Positions 38,023 to 51,180 of a stretch of DNA of 64,000 bases are shown here, piece by piece. The stretch is taken from contig JAUCBJ010008029.1 of the NCBI GenBank assembly GCA_032718475.1, positions 17,690 through 81,689 on the forward strand, written 5' to 3'. Origin of the DNA: Nemertoderma westbladi. Its lineage: Eukaryota > Animalia > Xenacoelomorpha. A program made the position numbers and the translations under genes. The notes under the pieces were generated by a model. It searched no databases. It was not told the origin of the DNA and saw only the letters and a program-made list of their open reading frames with translations. How positions within the stretch are numbered: position 1 is the first letter of the stretch; the number at the start of each line of letters is the position of its first letter.

Positions 38023-39128
38023 CGAGTGTTGAAAAATATCGAGTGTTGAAAAATATCGAGTGTTGAATAATATCGAGAGTAAAAATATCGAGAGTTGAAA
38101 AATATCGAGAGTAAAAATATCGAGTGTTGAAAAATATCGAATGTTGAAAAATATCGAGAGTAAAAATATCGAGAGTAAAAATATCGAGTGTTGAAAAATA
38201 TCGAGAGTAAAAATATCTAGAGTAAAAATATCGAGTGTTGAAAAATATCGAGAGTAAAAATAACGATTGTTGAAAAATATCGAGTGTTGAAAAATATCGA
38301 GAGTAAAAATATTGCATTTTGCTTGAGCATTTTATTTAGAATTATAGGACAATATTGCAGTGCATGGGTTACAACAGTGCAAGTGCAAGTAAATGGCATT
38401 AATACACCTTGGGTACCCATTCACCAGATTTATTATACTAGCTAGTTTTTGCTATTTTTGTAATAAATATTATAGAAGAAGTGCTAGCTATCAATTTTGA
38501 TAAATATATCAAGATTAGAACAATTAAAATGAAATTAGAATTTTTTAGTTTTAGATCACATTTAAAAATTTTTTAAAATAGCTAGTATTTTCTACTTATT
38601 TTTATAAATGTTTAGAACACGTGTAAGCTACCAATGTTTATAAATATTTTTTGTTCTAGAACACATTTTTTTGTTCTAGAACATTTTTAGGAAAAAAAAT
38701 TATCATACAACCCTTATTTTACAAAATTTTTTCTATCGATATTTTTACTCTCGATATTTATCAACACTCGATTTTTTTACTCTCGATATTTTCAACACTC
38801 GCTATTTTTCAACACTCGATATTTATCAACACTCGATATTTTTACTCTCGATATTTATCAACACTCGATATTTTTACTCTCGATATTTTTCAACACTCGA
38901 TATTTTTACTCTCGATATTTATCAACACTCGATATTTTTACTCTCGATATTTTTCAACACTCGATTTTTTTTACTCTCGATATTTTTCAACACTCGGTAT
39001 TTTTCAACACGCGATATTTATCAACACTCGATATGTTTACTCACGATATTTTTCAACACTCGATATTTTTACTCTCGATATTTTTCAACACTCGATATTA
39101 TTACTCTCGATATTTTTCAACACTCGAT
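38023..39128. repeat. Two inverted minisatellite arrays (aaaaatatcgagtgttg / aaaaatatcgagagt) around an AT-rich spacer
   Basis: Forward array ~38023-38312, reverse-complement array ~38735-39128; probably the arms of a foldback/MITE element. Confidence 0.9.
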
Positions 39129-39586
39129 AAGAGCTAGTAGAGTTAGAGAGTTAGTAGAGTTAGTAGTGAGTAGTGAGAGGGGGCACGTGGGTACAGCAGG
39201 AAAGACCGTGTAGGCCGCACGAGACATACTACTGTACTTCACAGCCCGTAGAGTAGGTCAGAATAGGGATTATCAAATAAATAATCCGTTATAAGTGTTA
39301 ATAGCAGAGTTGTAGAATTAAAATTAATATTAAAAATTAAAATTCAACAAATTATAGTAACAGTAGATAAAATATTCTAGAATATAATAAAAGTAACTGA
39401 CAAAATTAGGGAATTTGGGGAAATTTAGTATTTTAGGGAATAAAATAGGCAAATCCAGCAATAACCTAGCAATTCGGACAGAGATAGGCCATTATCGGAC
39501 CATACAGACCATCCTAACTACATCACTCACTTATATTGAGCCTTGGTAAGGCACCACCTTATAGTTGAGCGATCGGGGCGTTCGAA

Positions 39587-42070
39587 ATGGCGGAGAAGCT
39601 TGTTAGAAAGAGAAAGGCGGAGATGGGAGGAAAGGAAATACTGGTAGATTTCACTGAGAGGCATCCGGAGGAGAAGACGAGGGGATACTACGAGCGGTTA
39701 GAGAAGGGTCACAAGGCGCGAGTGCTGCAGGACCATTTCAGGGAGGTGCACGAGAGGCGGCTGGTCGGGACCTAAGGGACGCCGTCGCTAGACAACGCGA
39801 TCCTCGAGCATTTCGACTATGTGGTAAAGAGAGACGAGGCGAAGTTCGGGATACCGAAATATCCGAGGGAACGACCGAGGAAGGATTGGAAGAGGTTCGT
39901 AGCAGGGGAGGATGCATGGTCCTAGACGACGAAGGGACCGTGGAAGACAAGGAGGGTTCGAGGAGAGGGTCGGCGGGGTCGGCCAGAACCATACTTCTGC
40001 ATTTGGCTGCGCCAAATGGGGACATATTCCTGTTCGATCTGGGAATGTATGGGAAGAAGAGCGGGCCGAAGTTAAACCGGTTGCCAAGGGTGGTGCAGAA
40101 TGTAGTAAGAGAGAAGTCGACGATAAAGGTGCGATCGTCGATCCGCGATGATGCGGAGAGGATCATCGGTCCGGAGACCCCCAACCTCCTGGACACGCAA
40201 ACGGTCTACATGGCTATGACAGGGCCAGCCAGGTTGGGACTAGTAGAGAACACGGGCCATTGTGGAGCGGTGGCGCTGGGCCAGTTAATGGGGCTCGTAT
40301 GCCACAAGCCAATGGACTGGGGTAAATTCAGGGAGGAGTACGGAGCGGAGTTGGCGAACTCGCTGAAGTGGAGAGCGAGGCCGGGGAAACAGGAGGTGTA
40401 TCAATTCCGGAGAGAAGCGATAAAGATATATCAGAAGCGATATATCCTACAGGAGGATTGGATAATGATAGGTTTATTAAACCTATTCATGGCCGTGGTT
40501 ATCGAAAGAGAGCCAATGGCGTTTCTGCTATCTGGATCACCCCTGAACTACAGAAGTGCCTTCAAAGTGGCTTTCGAGGGTCTGGTAGACCACTCGGGGC
40601 TGAAGGGCGTGTCGGTATACTACAACTGCCAATATCTAGTAGACAGGGAGGTGGATACACCATATCAGAGGTGGGAGAAGCTAGAGGCGGATAGATAAGA
40701 GGAGAAGCGATTGGAAGAAATCGCTAGATGAGAGAGGAGGGAGGCAGACAAAAGAGAGGCGGAAGCTAGAGGAGAGTGATATGGGTTCGAGGCCCAGGCC
40801 TTGGACGATTTACAATGGACATCAGGGAGCTCGGGCGAGTCTCTAGGGCGAGAGTTGGGGTGGACGGAGGGTTCGCCGAAACAGTCGACATCGGGATTGC
40901 AGGCAACGCCCATACAAGCGGGCGCCGAGGGCCTTTTAGCAAAGAGAAGGCCAGGGGAACTGGAAGGATGGAGAGTCACGGGCGAGAGCCAAGGTGGGAA
41001 GGGACACAGTGGATCTACCAGGACACCGGCTTGGAGCCACTCCCAGTGGAGGACGAGGATGACGACGAGTTCGGAGAGATGCCGCCCATCAGGAGAATCG
41101 GCCACTCAGACACGGACTGGGTTGGCGGGAGAGTGGTGACGGCCAGCGGGGCGAGGGCCTTCTGGGATAGACCCGGCATGCGGGCCTGGGTGCATGAGGA
41201 GCCGGCGATGGATTTCGTGGGGAATACTATCAGGTTGGGCGAGCAACCGGGAACGGCACCACGGGTAGTATTCGGAGAGACGATGCCCAGGCGGGACGAG
41301 GAGATAGACATGGACAGGGACGTTAACCCCCAGAAGTTTGCTTACCAGCGACTCCATAGACCGAGGAGATCGCTTGGGGCGAAGGACGACTTGGGGCGGG
41401 ACGCGTTGGTACTTGGCTGTGATTACTGTGGGAGGCTTACTCACCAGGAGTGGAGCTGCTTGTACCGATTCCAGAAGGGGCGAGTTGCCTCTACTGAGTC
41501 ATAGGATGGGGGCATGTCCACGGTTGCACAACCGATGTTCTAAGTGCAACTTCCGGGGGCACTACGGACGCCAGTGTGACTGGATAGACAACAAGGAGAA
41601 GTTAAGATCTTCGAGGAGTGGCCCGATGTCGGCGTCATGACGCGGCAGCGGATGAAGGCCCAGGAATTCCAGTGGGGTTTCTTTAATATTAATTAATATT
41701 AATTATTATTAATTATTTAATATTAATCCAGGTGGGAGGCCCACCTGGAAATCATCAAACGGAGGCTTCCGTTTACTTATCAAGAAGTATCAATGGCAGC
41801 ATCGTATGCGGGAGTGATGAATACACAGAGATATTTAGACAGATGGATGCCACAGAACCGGGGAGAGTTCAGAGATTTCCTGGCGGAGCATGTGCCACGG
41901 GCCATGAAGGTGATCCTATGGGACGCCACAGTAGGGAAGTAACGGCAAGGATGAGGAACCTTAAGGAGGACAAGAACAAGGGAGCAGCGACAACCAGGAA
42001 GCGACCAAGACAGGAGGACGACAGAGGGAAGGAACTGAGATGGTTCCCAAAGACAGGAGGAGCGAACTAG
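39587..42070 (+). pseudogene. Decayed retroelement-associated ORF: DEDDy 3'-5' exonuclease (RNase D/WRN/EXD-like) plus CCHC zinc knuckles
   Basis: ExoI VLDDEG; LLHLA..IFLFD..LP; ExoII IKV.SSIRDD; LLDTQ; ExoIII QKRYILQED; downstream CDYCGRLTHQEWSC and CSKCNFRGHYGRQC; broken by stops and frameshifts. Confidence 0.68.
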
Positions 42071-42086
42071 GACTTGGAGGGGGAGA

Positions 42087-43298
42087 TGTGGGGATGCCTG
42101 GAAGGCACCACATGCGAAGTAATACGAACTCCTAAGTGCAAATTTAATTAAAAGTGCAATTAGTATGTACGTATGTAATAATCATTAGAATATAATCACA
42201 TAACCAATATGATCAAAGTAAGTACTACAGTCATACAACCTTTTCCAACTAGCTACTGAGACTGGGGACCAATTGACCATGATAGGACAAGACACTAGAC
42301 GACTCACACTTCTTGAGTGCGATGGCGCGAAAGGGGAGGGTGAGGTTCGTCAGGAGTAAGTGGAGCGGAACGAATAAGGGTGGAGCATAGAACGCAGGGG
42401 AGATAGTGAGAGGTGGTGTTGAGGCGTGTGGAGAGAATACGGGTGCAATTCAATGTGGGGGGAGGAATAAGAGGCAGAGTGGGGGACAAGGAGGTCCGAA
42501 AGTAGAGTCAGTTAGAGTGGAAGTAGAGAGAAGTTAGAGTCAGTTAGAGTGGAGTAGAGATTAAAATTGCGTGTGAGGAATCCACAATTGTCTCGAACCG
42601 AGACTCCAGATGTCTTGGTGCAACATAGGACAACAATCGACTCCAAGTAAGAGAACTCCACCCCACACCCGATAGTAGATCGGGTTCCAGCGGAATTGAA
42701 GCGCACTCAAAGGTGATGCTATCTTCCCACCAGGAAGATAGCATGGGGGGAGTGTGAGTTGATTCAATTCCGGCTCACTAACCCCATAAAGTTGGGAAGT
42801 GGCGCCCTTTTTTCAGCAATATTGGAGATACGAGATTAATAACAATCAATCTCGTATCACACCCAATAACGGGACAACACAATCCCCAAAGCCACACAAA
42901 GGGAGGTTAGAGGTCAAACCACCTCGAGAGGGCAGATAACCAACAGCGGGGGGGAAGCACTCTCACAGAGGTGGGAGGCGTGAAGTAGGTTATAGGCCAA
43001 TGGGAGACTGGGAGAGCATCCGCTAGGTAATAAGGCCACAGTACCGTAAGAATGATTAGATATATATTATCAGTATAGTAACATACCAATTTAGTTTACT
43101 CAGTCACTCAGTGCAGACCACACGTTATATTATATTATCAGTTATACTACCAATTTATATTCTGTCAACTGTGTTAGCATATATTATCCGTTTATTCAAT
43201 CTATAACAATATCAGAGCGATAACAACAAACTATCTTTCTCAATTACACGGTGACGCCTAGCTTATCAAACCGGTCGGGATCCCTTGATCCCGTCACA
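42087..43298 (+). mobile_element. LTR-like segment 1 (TG...CA) after a polypurine tract
   Basis: ggagggggaga|TGTGGG start; ends gggatcccttgatcccgtcaCA; 42444-43298 is homologous to 44516-45477. Confidence 0.55.
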
Positions 43299-43329
43299 GG
43301 GGACCATGAGGAAATCAAGAAGGCCACTG

Positions 43330-43500
43330 GAAGACCCGATTTTAGGGTGGTGGAGGAGGCTAGCGAGAGTGGTAGATACTTACCCCGACGAGGACGGAAG
43401 AGTCCGGTCAGTGGAGGTGAGAATAGGAGGCAAGATAGGAGCAAAGGACAGGAAGACCTACAGGAGGGCTGTAGGAAAGTGATGCCTAGTAGAAGGGGCA
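43330..43500 (+). pseudogene. BEL/Pao pol C-terminal fragment (DUF5641-like, downstream of integrase)
   Basis: W.RLARVVDTYPDEDGRVRSVEVR...TYRRAV.K, followed by PPT aaggggggtgggaa|TG at 43545. Confidence 0.8.
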
Positions 43501-43544
43501 CCTTAGAGTTTGTCGTCCAAATGTTGGACTAAGGGGGGTGGGAA

Positions 43545-45477
43545 TGAGGGCGAGATGCCCTTCCTACACAAAATATAATAAATAATAAGTAAAAGCAAAT
43601 AATAAAAATAATAAAGTAAGAAGTGTGATAGTAGAAAGTTAGAGAAAGAAGAAGAAAGAAGTAATAGTAGTAGATAGTTAGATAGTAAGTAGTAGTTAGA
43701 AAGTTAGTAGAAGTTAGTAAGAAGTAGTAGTTAGAAATTTAGTAGAAGTTAGTAAGAAGTAAGAAAGTTAGTAGAAGTTAGTAAGAGTAAGAGGAGAGTT
43801 AGAAGTAGGCAGAAGAAAGGGAGTGTGGTATATTGACATACCACGAGTAGTAGCAGGGTACATAGTACCGGAGTAGCAGGGTACATAGTACTGAGAGAGT
43901 TAGAGGTTGTGGGTACCGAAAGCGCCACGTAGAAAGAGAGTTAGGGAGTGTGGTATGTAGACATACCATGAGAAGTGGTAGCAGAGGGGTTGTGGGCACC
44001 GAAAGCGCCACGTAGAAAGAGGGTAGAGGGTGTGGTATGTAGGTATACAATAGAGGTAGTAGCAGAGGGGTTGTGGGCACCGAAAGCGCCACGTAGTGAG
44101 AGAGTGAAGGGTGTGGTATGTAGGTATTAGGTAGTAGCATTATGTAGGTAATAACAGTATTAGTGTACATAGAAGTTAGAAGTTGTGGGCACCGAGAGCG
44201 CCACATAGTAAGAAAGTAAAGAGTATGTAGGCATAGCATAGTAGTAGTAGGGTACTTAGTGGTAAGAAGTTCTTAAGGGCAAGAAGTAAGTAGCAAGGTA
44301 GATAGGATGATAGCACAGACAGGGGTAAAACTAAGGAAAATTGGCACTTTGGGAGTGGTAGAGAACACAGGACATTGTGGAGGAGTGGGGATGGGCCAGC
44401 TCATGAGGCTTGTCTGCCACAAGCCGATGGACTGGGGTAAGCCCCGAGAGGAGTATGAGAGGAGTATGAGGGAAGTATGGAGAGGAGGTGTTGGCGCATG
44501 AGGAAGTGAGAGGATTGCAATTCAAATGTGGGGAGCGAGCAGTAAGAGAGAGAGCAAGGGACAGAGAGGTCCGAGAGTAAGAGTAAGAGTGAGGTTTTTT
44601 TTTTAAATTGTGTGAAAAGAGAGTCCACAATTGTCTCGAACAGAGACATCAGATGTCTTGGTGCAACATAGGTTGCGATTGCACCAAGAAGGGGTAGCAA
44701 TATCATACCCAGGGGGGCGGCCTGGAAAGCCAACCCCGAGAAGAGAACTCCACCCCACACCCGATAGTAGATCGGGTTCCAGCGGAATTGAAGCGCACTT
44801 GAGGTTGATGCTATCTTTTCACCGGGAAGATAGCATGGGGGGAGTGTAAGTGGATTCAATTCCACTTCATTACCCACCAGAAAATGGGATAGTGGCATTT
44901 TAGCAATATGTTGGAGATACGAGATTGCCAATATCAATCTCGTATCACAACTAACATTTGGGGGGGGGGGGGGGGGCAACACAAGCCCCGAAGCGACATA
45001 GAAAGGAAGGTTAGAGGTCAAACCACCTCGGAGGGAACACAGCTAGTAGAGGCTAGCAGCAGAGGGGAAACACTCCCAGAGATATTAGCCAATAGGGGGG
45101 AGGGAAGCACATGATAGGGAGCAGGAAAGCATCCACTGGGTAGGAGGCCAAGGTAGAGTAGGAGGTAAAGCAATTTTAGTGTATTAATCATATATTATCT
45201 CCCATTACCGGTTTGTTATTCAGTTGTGCTATTCAGGCCATTTAGTGCAGACCGGCAATAGTTTAGACCATCATCGACACCACCCTACCAGTAATTATTT
45301 TATCTGTATTATCTGCAATATTCAACTGTGCTATCATTCTATACGTTAACTAATATCAAAGACAACAGCAATTCATTCTGTTTTCCTAGTCGGCTTCCCC
45401 AAAGCCAGTAGCACAATCCCTAGCAGAACGGTGACGCGTACTTCAACAACCCAGTTGGGATCTTTGATCCCGTCACA
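43545..45477 (+). mobile_element. LTR-like segment 2 (TG...CA) with purine-rich repeats and an exonuclease-ORF fragment
   Basis: Starts after a PPT; four copies of gttgtggg(c/t)accga(a/g)agcgccac at ~43900-44210; ends gggatctttgatcccgtcaCA. Confidence 0.5.
44347..44460 (+). pseudogene. Second, diverged fragment of the exonuclease ORF
   Basis: LGVVENTGHCGGVGMGQLMRLVCHKPMDWGKPREEY versus LGLVENTGHCGAVALGQLMGLVCHKPMDWGKFREEY in ORF 39886-40698. Confidence 0.9.
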
Positions 45478-45489
45478 GGACTCGATTAT

Positions 45490-47141
45490 TATAAATCATG
45501 TCCTCTGTTTTGCATGGCAACAGAGTATGAAAGGAGGAGCGTCGACGACTTGGTTAACATAATGACCTGCAGGCTGTCGTTCACAAATACGGATATCAAG
45601 AATGCGCAAGCTGTGTTACTGTTGTTTATTGTAGACCGCGAGGCGACAAAGAAGTTCGGAATTAAACACAACAACGGTGAGAAAATGAGAGAGAAATATG
45701 TTTCAGATATTCTGAACTTAATTGAGGTGCAAGCCTTTAAGGACCTGGATCCCCACCCACGCTTTGTGGTCGAGGACTTCTCCTTGCTCCCTCCAGTCAA
45801 CCCTTCTTCAGTGGTTCTCTATACATTGCTGAAGGAGATGGGGTCTCTAAAGAATCGTGTTAATACTCTCGAGAACATGTCGATCTCGAACAATACGTGT
45901 GGCATCGAGTCGAGAACGATGGCCCAAGTTGTAGCCAGGCGACAGGCAATGGGGAAAGTGAACCTGTCTCGCCAAGCAGGCTTCAGACAACGAGGCGGAG
46001 GTCCTCCTTCCGAGACAGTCAGCGTGCCGGCTCAAAACAAAGTGTTGATGGGTTTACGACTATGGGGCCACGCGGCAAGCACCTGCAGCCTGCTGATTCG
46101 GTCAGGAGCATTCGCAAATGGCTGGTGCCTTTGATTGGAAAGGGTACCTGGGCCGATATAGGCCTAAAGGGTGTAACAAGGACAAAGAAGTGTAACATAT
46201 TTGTATCTAGCCTTCATCCTGATACAACCAAAGATGAACAGACCGATTTTATCTCCAAATCTTTTAAGGTGGAGGTAGTATGTGAGAAATTACAGACCCG
46301 GTATGATTCGTACTCTTCGTTCAGAGTAGAATGTGCACCAGAGTCTGGTCTTGTATTGAAAGATGTGGAAAAGTGTGAGCAGGGGCCATGTGGTGTAATG
46401 GTACAGGAATGGTTTGGTCGAGTTAATGTGGCTCCTGTGCATCTACCTTCTAGTAACTAATTATGAAGATTGCATCCTACAATAATAATTCTGTCTGTAC
46501 CTTATCGAGTCAGTATGTTGTCACATAACTATCAATCACATATGACATTATCCTATTGCAAGAACTCCAGATCCCCAAACAGGTCTTGGTTTTTCTGGAT
46601 TCCTTATCGGACAGACATTTCTCCCGTGGATCTTCCCTGGTTGATCTAAGTTTAGGAATTCAGCGTGGCCGCCCTCATGGTGGTTTGGCGATTTTGTGGA
46701 ACAAGGAATGGGGTGAGAACTCTGTTCAAATTATGGATGTATCAGATCAAAGTATAATGGTTATAAAAGTATATCCCCCAGGTGGGGATGAGTTTCTGTT
46801 CGTCAACGTGTACCTTCCTTACGAATGTCCAGATAATGCTGATGAGTATGTTGACTACCTTGGTAAAATTGTAGCTATTACAGAAATTTCTGCCTGTAAT
46901 GATGTTATGATTGTGGGAGATTTCAATGCCCATCCCTCCCATGGGTTCTTTAAAGATCTCAGTGGGGTATGTGCGGAGTCTGGTCTCACCATATTAGATT
47001 GTCTAACTCTACCAATGGAAACATTCACATTTGTTAGCTCTGCATCTGGCTCAGTCTCATGGCTGGACCACGTTGTATGCTCCGGTTCAATGAAGCACAG
47101 AGTGGATGATTTGACAATTGATTATAGCCTAGTATTTGATG
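45490..47141 (+). mobile_element. 5' part of an RTE-X-like LINE: ORF1 (45514-46460, frameshifted) and the ORF2 AP endonuclease
   Basis: ORF1 IFVSSLHPDTT...CEKLQTRYDSYSSFRV (RRM-like); ORF2 MKIASYN, LLQE, RGRPHGGLAILW, NVYLPY, GDFNAH, SWLDH. Confidence 0.85.
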
Positions 47142-47959
47142 GAGTAGTGTCTACATCATTGTCCAGAATAGGGTGTTTCCCTTCACTTCTATGGGGCTTT
47201 CTATTATTCCTACCTGTCCCAAATACGATGTGTAATGATTTCCAACCTGTCCAATATAGGGGCATCCAATCAAATCATCATATGAGCCAACTCCTCGTCA
47301 TCGGACCAATACCAACATTCCTACAGTTAGGCATCTCCCTTATTGGCTATATAATGTAAAGGTTAATGGAAAATTCCACTGATATATAATCCAAGTGTCA
47401 GCTACGAATCCGGGGCTCATTATAACAACCTATACTGGACCAAGCAACGTATTTGGGACAAGAGCTGGTTGAGGTATATGTACAGTGGAAATTCCCATTC
47501 TAAATAAGGGCATTTGGAATACATGTTCCCTAGTTATGGTTAAAGATATATTGTGGGTGCCTTGCAAATGGCCTGTAAGACTGTGATGCATTATAGGCTA
47601 TAGGGTCATCATAGTCACGTTATTTCATTTCATGTTGTTCAATTTATTCATATTGTGCAATTTATTCATGTTGTGCAACTTATTCATTGTGCAATTTATT
47701 CATGTGGTTCAATTTATTCACTTATAATAAATCTAAATACATTCGTATAATAATAATTAAATGACAATCAAATTAGTGATATCGCAACCTCCTCCCCCAG
47801 ACTCAACTCATCCCAAATAGTCCTTCATAAGTCTAAAATTTGACTCAAATAGGTGTTAGAGTCCCATATAGGTTGATTTTGTCCAAAATAGCCTGTAGCT
47901 TTATCAAAATTGTTTCAAATAGTTTATAAATGTAAAGGAATACTGAAAAGAATATCGAC

Positions 47960-50010
47960 TTCATAATCATAGCTTTAATTCCAATTTGTCCCAAATAGGT
48001 TATTTATGTCCCATATATGGTGTTTTATGTCCCATACAGGGAGTTTTTATCCCAAATAGCATGTAACATTCTCAAAATGATTTTACATAGTTCATAAATA
48101 TAATGGAAATACTCAAAAGAAAATAGAATCCACTATCATAGTTTTAATTAAAATTTGTCCCTAATAGGTTGTTTGTGTCCCATATAGGGTGTTTGTGTCC
48201 CGTATAGGGTGTGAAGTGCTTATAATGATTTCAAATAGTTTCGAAATGTAATGGAATACTCAAAAGAATATAGAATTCACTATCATAGCTTTCATTTTAA
48301 TTTGTCCCAAATAGGTTGTTTGTGTCCCATATAGGGTGTTTGAGTCCCATATAGGGTGTTTGTGTTCCAAATTGCGTGTGACTTTCTCAAGAGGATTTTA
48401 TATGGTTTATAAGTATAATGGAATACTCAAAAGAAAATAGAATCCACTATCATAGTATTAATTTAAATTTGTCCCAAATAGGTTGTTTGTGTCCCATATA
48501 GGGTGTTTGTGTCCTGTATAGGGTGTGAAGTGCTTATAATGATTTCAAATAGTTTCGAAATGTAATGGAATACTCAAAAGAATATATAATTCATTATCAT
48601 AGCTTTCATTTAAATTTGTCCCAAATAGGCTGTTTGTGTCCCATATAGGGTGTTTGTGTCCCAAATAGCGTGTGACTTTCTCAAAATGATTTTAAATAGT
48701 TTCTAAATCTCATGGAATACTCAAAAGAATATAGAATTCACTACCATAGCTTTAATTTAAATTTGTCCCAAATAGGTTGTTTTTGTCCCATATAGGGTGT
48801 TTGAGTCCCGTATAGGGTGTGAATTGCTTATAATGATTTCAAATATTTTCTAAATGATAATGGAATACTCAAAAGATAGAATTCACTATCACACATAGCT
48901 TTAATTTAAATTTGTCCCAAATAGGTTGTTTATGTCCCATATAGGGTGTTTGTGTCCCATATAGAGTGTCTGTGTCCCAAATAGCGTGTGACTTTCTCAA
49001 AATGATTTTACATAGTTTATAAATATAATGGAATACTCAAAAGAAAATATAATTCACTATCATAGCTTTAATTTAAATTTGTCCCAAATAGGTTGTTTTT
49101 GTCCCATATAGGGTGTTTGTGTCCCTTATAGGGTGTGAAGTGCTTATAATGATTTCAAATAGTTTCGAAATGTAATGGAATACTCAAAAGAAAATAGAAT
49201 TCGCTATCATAGCTTTAATTTAAATTTGTCCCAAATAGGCTGTTTGTGTCCCATATAGGGTGTTTGTGTCCCATATAGGGTGTTTATGTCCCAAATAGCG
49301 TGTGACTTTCTCAACATGATTTTAAATAGTTTCTAAATCTCATGGAATACTCAAAAGAATATAGAATTCACTACCATAGCTTTAATTTAAATTTGTCCCA
49401 AATAGGTTGTTTTTGTCCCATATAGGGTGTTTGAGTCCCGTATAGGGTGTGAATTGCTTATAATGATTTCAAATATTTTCTAAATGATAATGGAATACTC
49501 AAAAGAATATAGAATTCACTATCATACATAGCTTTAATATAAATTTGTCCCAAATAGGTTGTTTATGTCCCATATAGGGTGTTTGTGTCCCATATAGGGT
49601 GTTTGTGTCCCAAATAGCGTGTGACTTTCTCAAAATGATTTTACATAGTTTATAAATATAATGGAATACTCAAAAAAGAAAATATAATTCACTATCATAG
49701 CTTTAATTTAAATTTGTCCCAAATAGGTTGTTTTTGTCCCATATAGGGTGTTTGTGTCCCATAAAGGGTGTTTGTGTCCCAAATAGCGTGTGACTTTCTC
49801 AAAATGATTTTACATAGTTTATAAATATAATGGAATACTCAAAAGAAAATAGATTTCACTATCAAAGCTTTAATTTCAATTTGTCCCAAATAGGTTCTTT
49901 TTGTCCCATATAGGGTGTTTGTGTCCCATATAGGGTGTTTGTGTCCCAAATAGCGTGTGACTTTCTCAAAATGATTTTACATAGTTTATAAATATAATGG
50001 AGCACGCAGT
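47960..50010 (+). repeat. ~146-169-bp satellite array, left arm of the foldback element
   Basis: Recurring aatttgtcccaaatagg with 20-bp subrepeats gtcccatatagggtgtttgt. Confidence 0.95.
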
Positions 50011-50609
50011 GATATAATGAATGGTATGTGATAGAAATGTTCTCGAAAATGAATATTACTTTTTTTGTTCTGTTGTCCCGCTTAAATTGATATACAGTGT
50101 AGGCATGGGGCATGTGATGGTTGGGGTGGATTTATTTATTAAGAAACAGTGGATAAGCTTATTTGGATCAACGGATCGCGATGTTGAAAACAAAAAGCAA
50201 TTATAAAAAACAAAAAAGTTTTTTTATTCTATCATGTGCCAAATTTAATGGAATTTTCAAACTCAAGTTATTACCCAAAACGTAAGAGCTAGTCTGATTT
50301 TTGTAAAGCCGTACATCAGCACTATATTTAACAATTGTGAATTAATTTCTCTTTAAGTTTTGGTATTAGGGATTGATACGGCCCCAGTAGCTCAGTTCAG
50401 TTGGTAGAACGTGGGACTTGGAATCTCCCTTTGCGCGATTTCGCGCTTGTTCAATTATAATTCCCTCTAGTGCAGATTTTTATGAGGATTGCTAAACTTC
50501 AAACCGTTTGTTAATAGCTAATGTAGTTCAAAAGGTATGAGTGATAATGTTAACCTTACTCTGTGTAAGTGTCTGTGAAAAATATAACAAAAGCATTCAT
50601 CTTAGCTAA

Positions 50610-51180
50610 CTACTACTACTAGTATCGGCATACTGCATTGCAGCTGCATTTTTAAGAATGCTGTGCCGGCTTGTCGACAAAATTGCGCCGCCACAACTCC
50701 CTATCACCCATGACATTTGCTAGATCATCCGCTTCTTCAAGACCAGTGTCCTTTAAGATGCGTCTCAAGAGAGTCATCGGCTGTCCACCATGCTTATTCA
50801 CTCCATGGGGCTGCCAAAGTACAAGATTATGCACTGGCTGGTCCTCACAGCGAAAGCAATGTCCTGCAAAGCGGAGGCGATTTTGTTCTAGTGTCAAGCT
50901 TGGGGCAACCAATGAGACACCTCCAATGTTATATAGTGTCTGGTTGGAGATGTGTGCATTGTACTTGACACAATGAACCCGGCGTAGCATTCTTGTGAAT
51001 GTGCCATCCAGAGATTTGGTATCCTCAGCAGTTAGAGCCCAGCATGAACTCCCATAGAGGAGTACTGGAACTACTGCTGCTCTAAATAATCGGACCTTAA
51101 GTTTCCGATTAATTCTCGGTGACTTCCAAATCCTGGAAATCCTATTCAAGGCTGCCCATGCCTTTCCCTTACGTATCTTA
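50610..51180 (-). pseudogene. 3' fragment of an RTE-clade LINE
   Basis: KIRKGKAWAA...IWKS..I.RKLKVRLFRAAVVPVLLYGS..W...LDGTFTRMLRR...RLRFAGHC; (AGT)n tail at ~50610-50622. Confidence 0.88.

Noticed and set aside
42561-45021. Minus-strand ORFs sharing LTLPPCYLPG...QFRWNPIYYRVWGG
   Set aside because: Explained by nucleotide homology of the two LTR-like repeats; indels break the frames and no domain is recognisable
50380-50470. tRNA gene
   Set aside because: Only a disrupted A-box half is recognisable; degenerate SINE head
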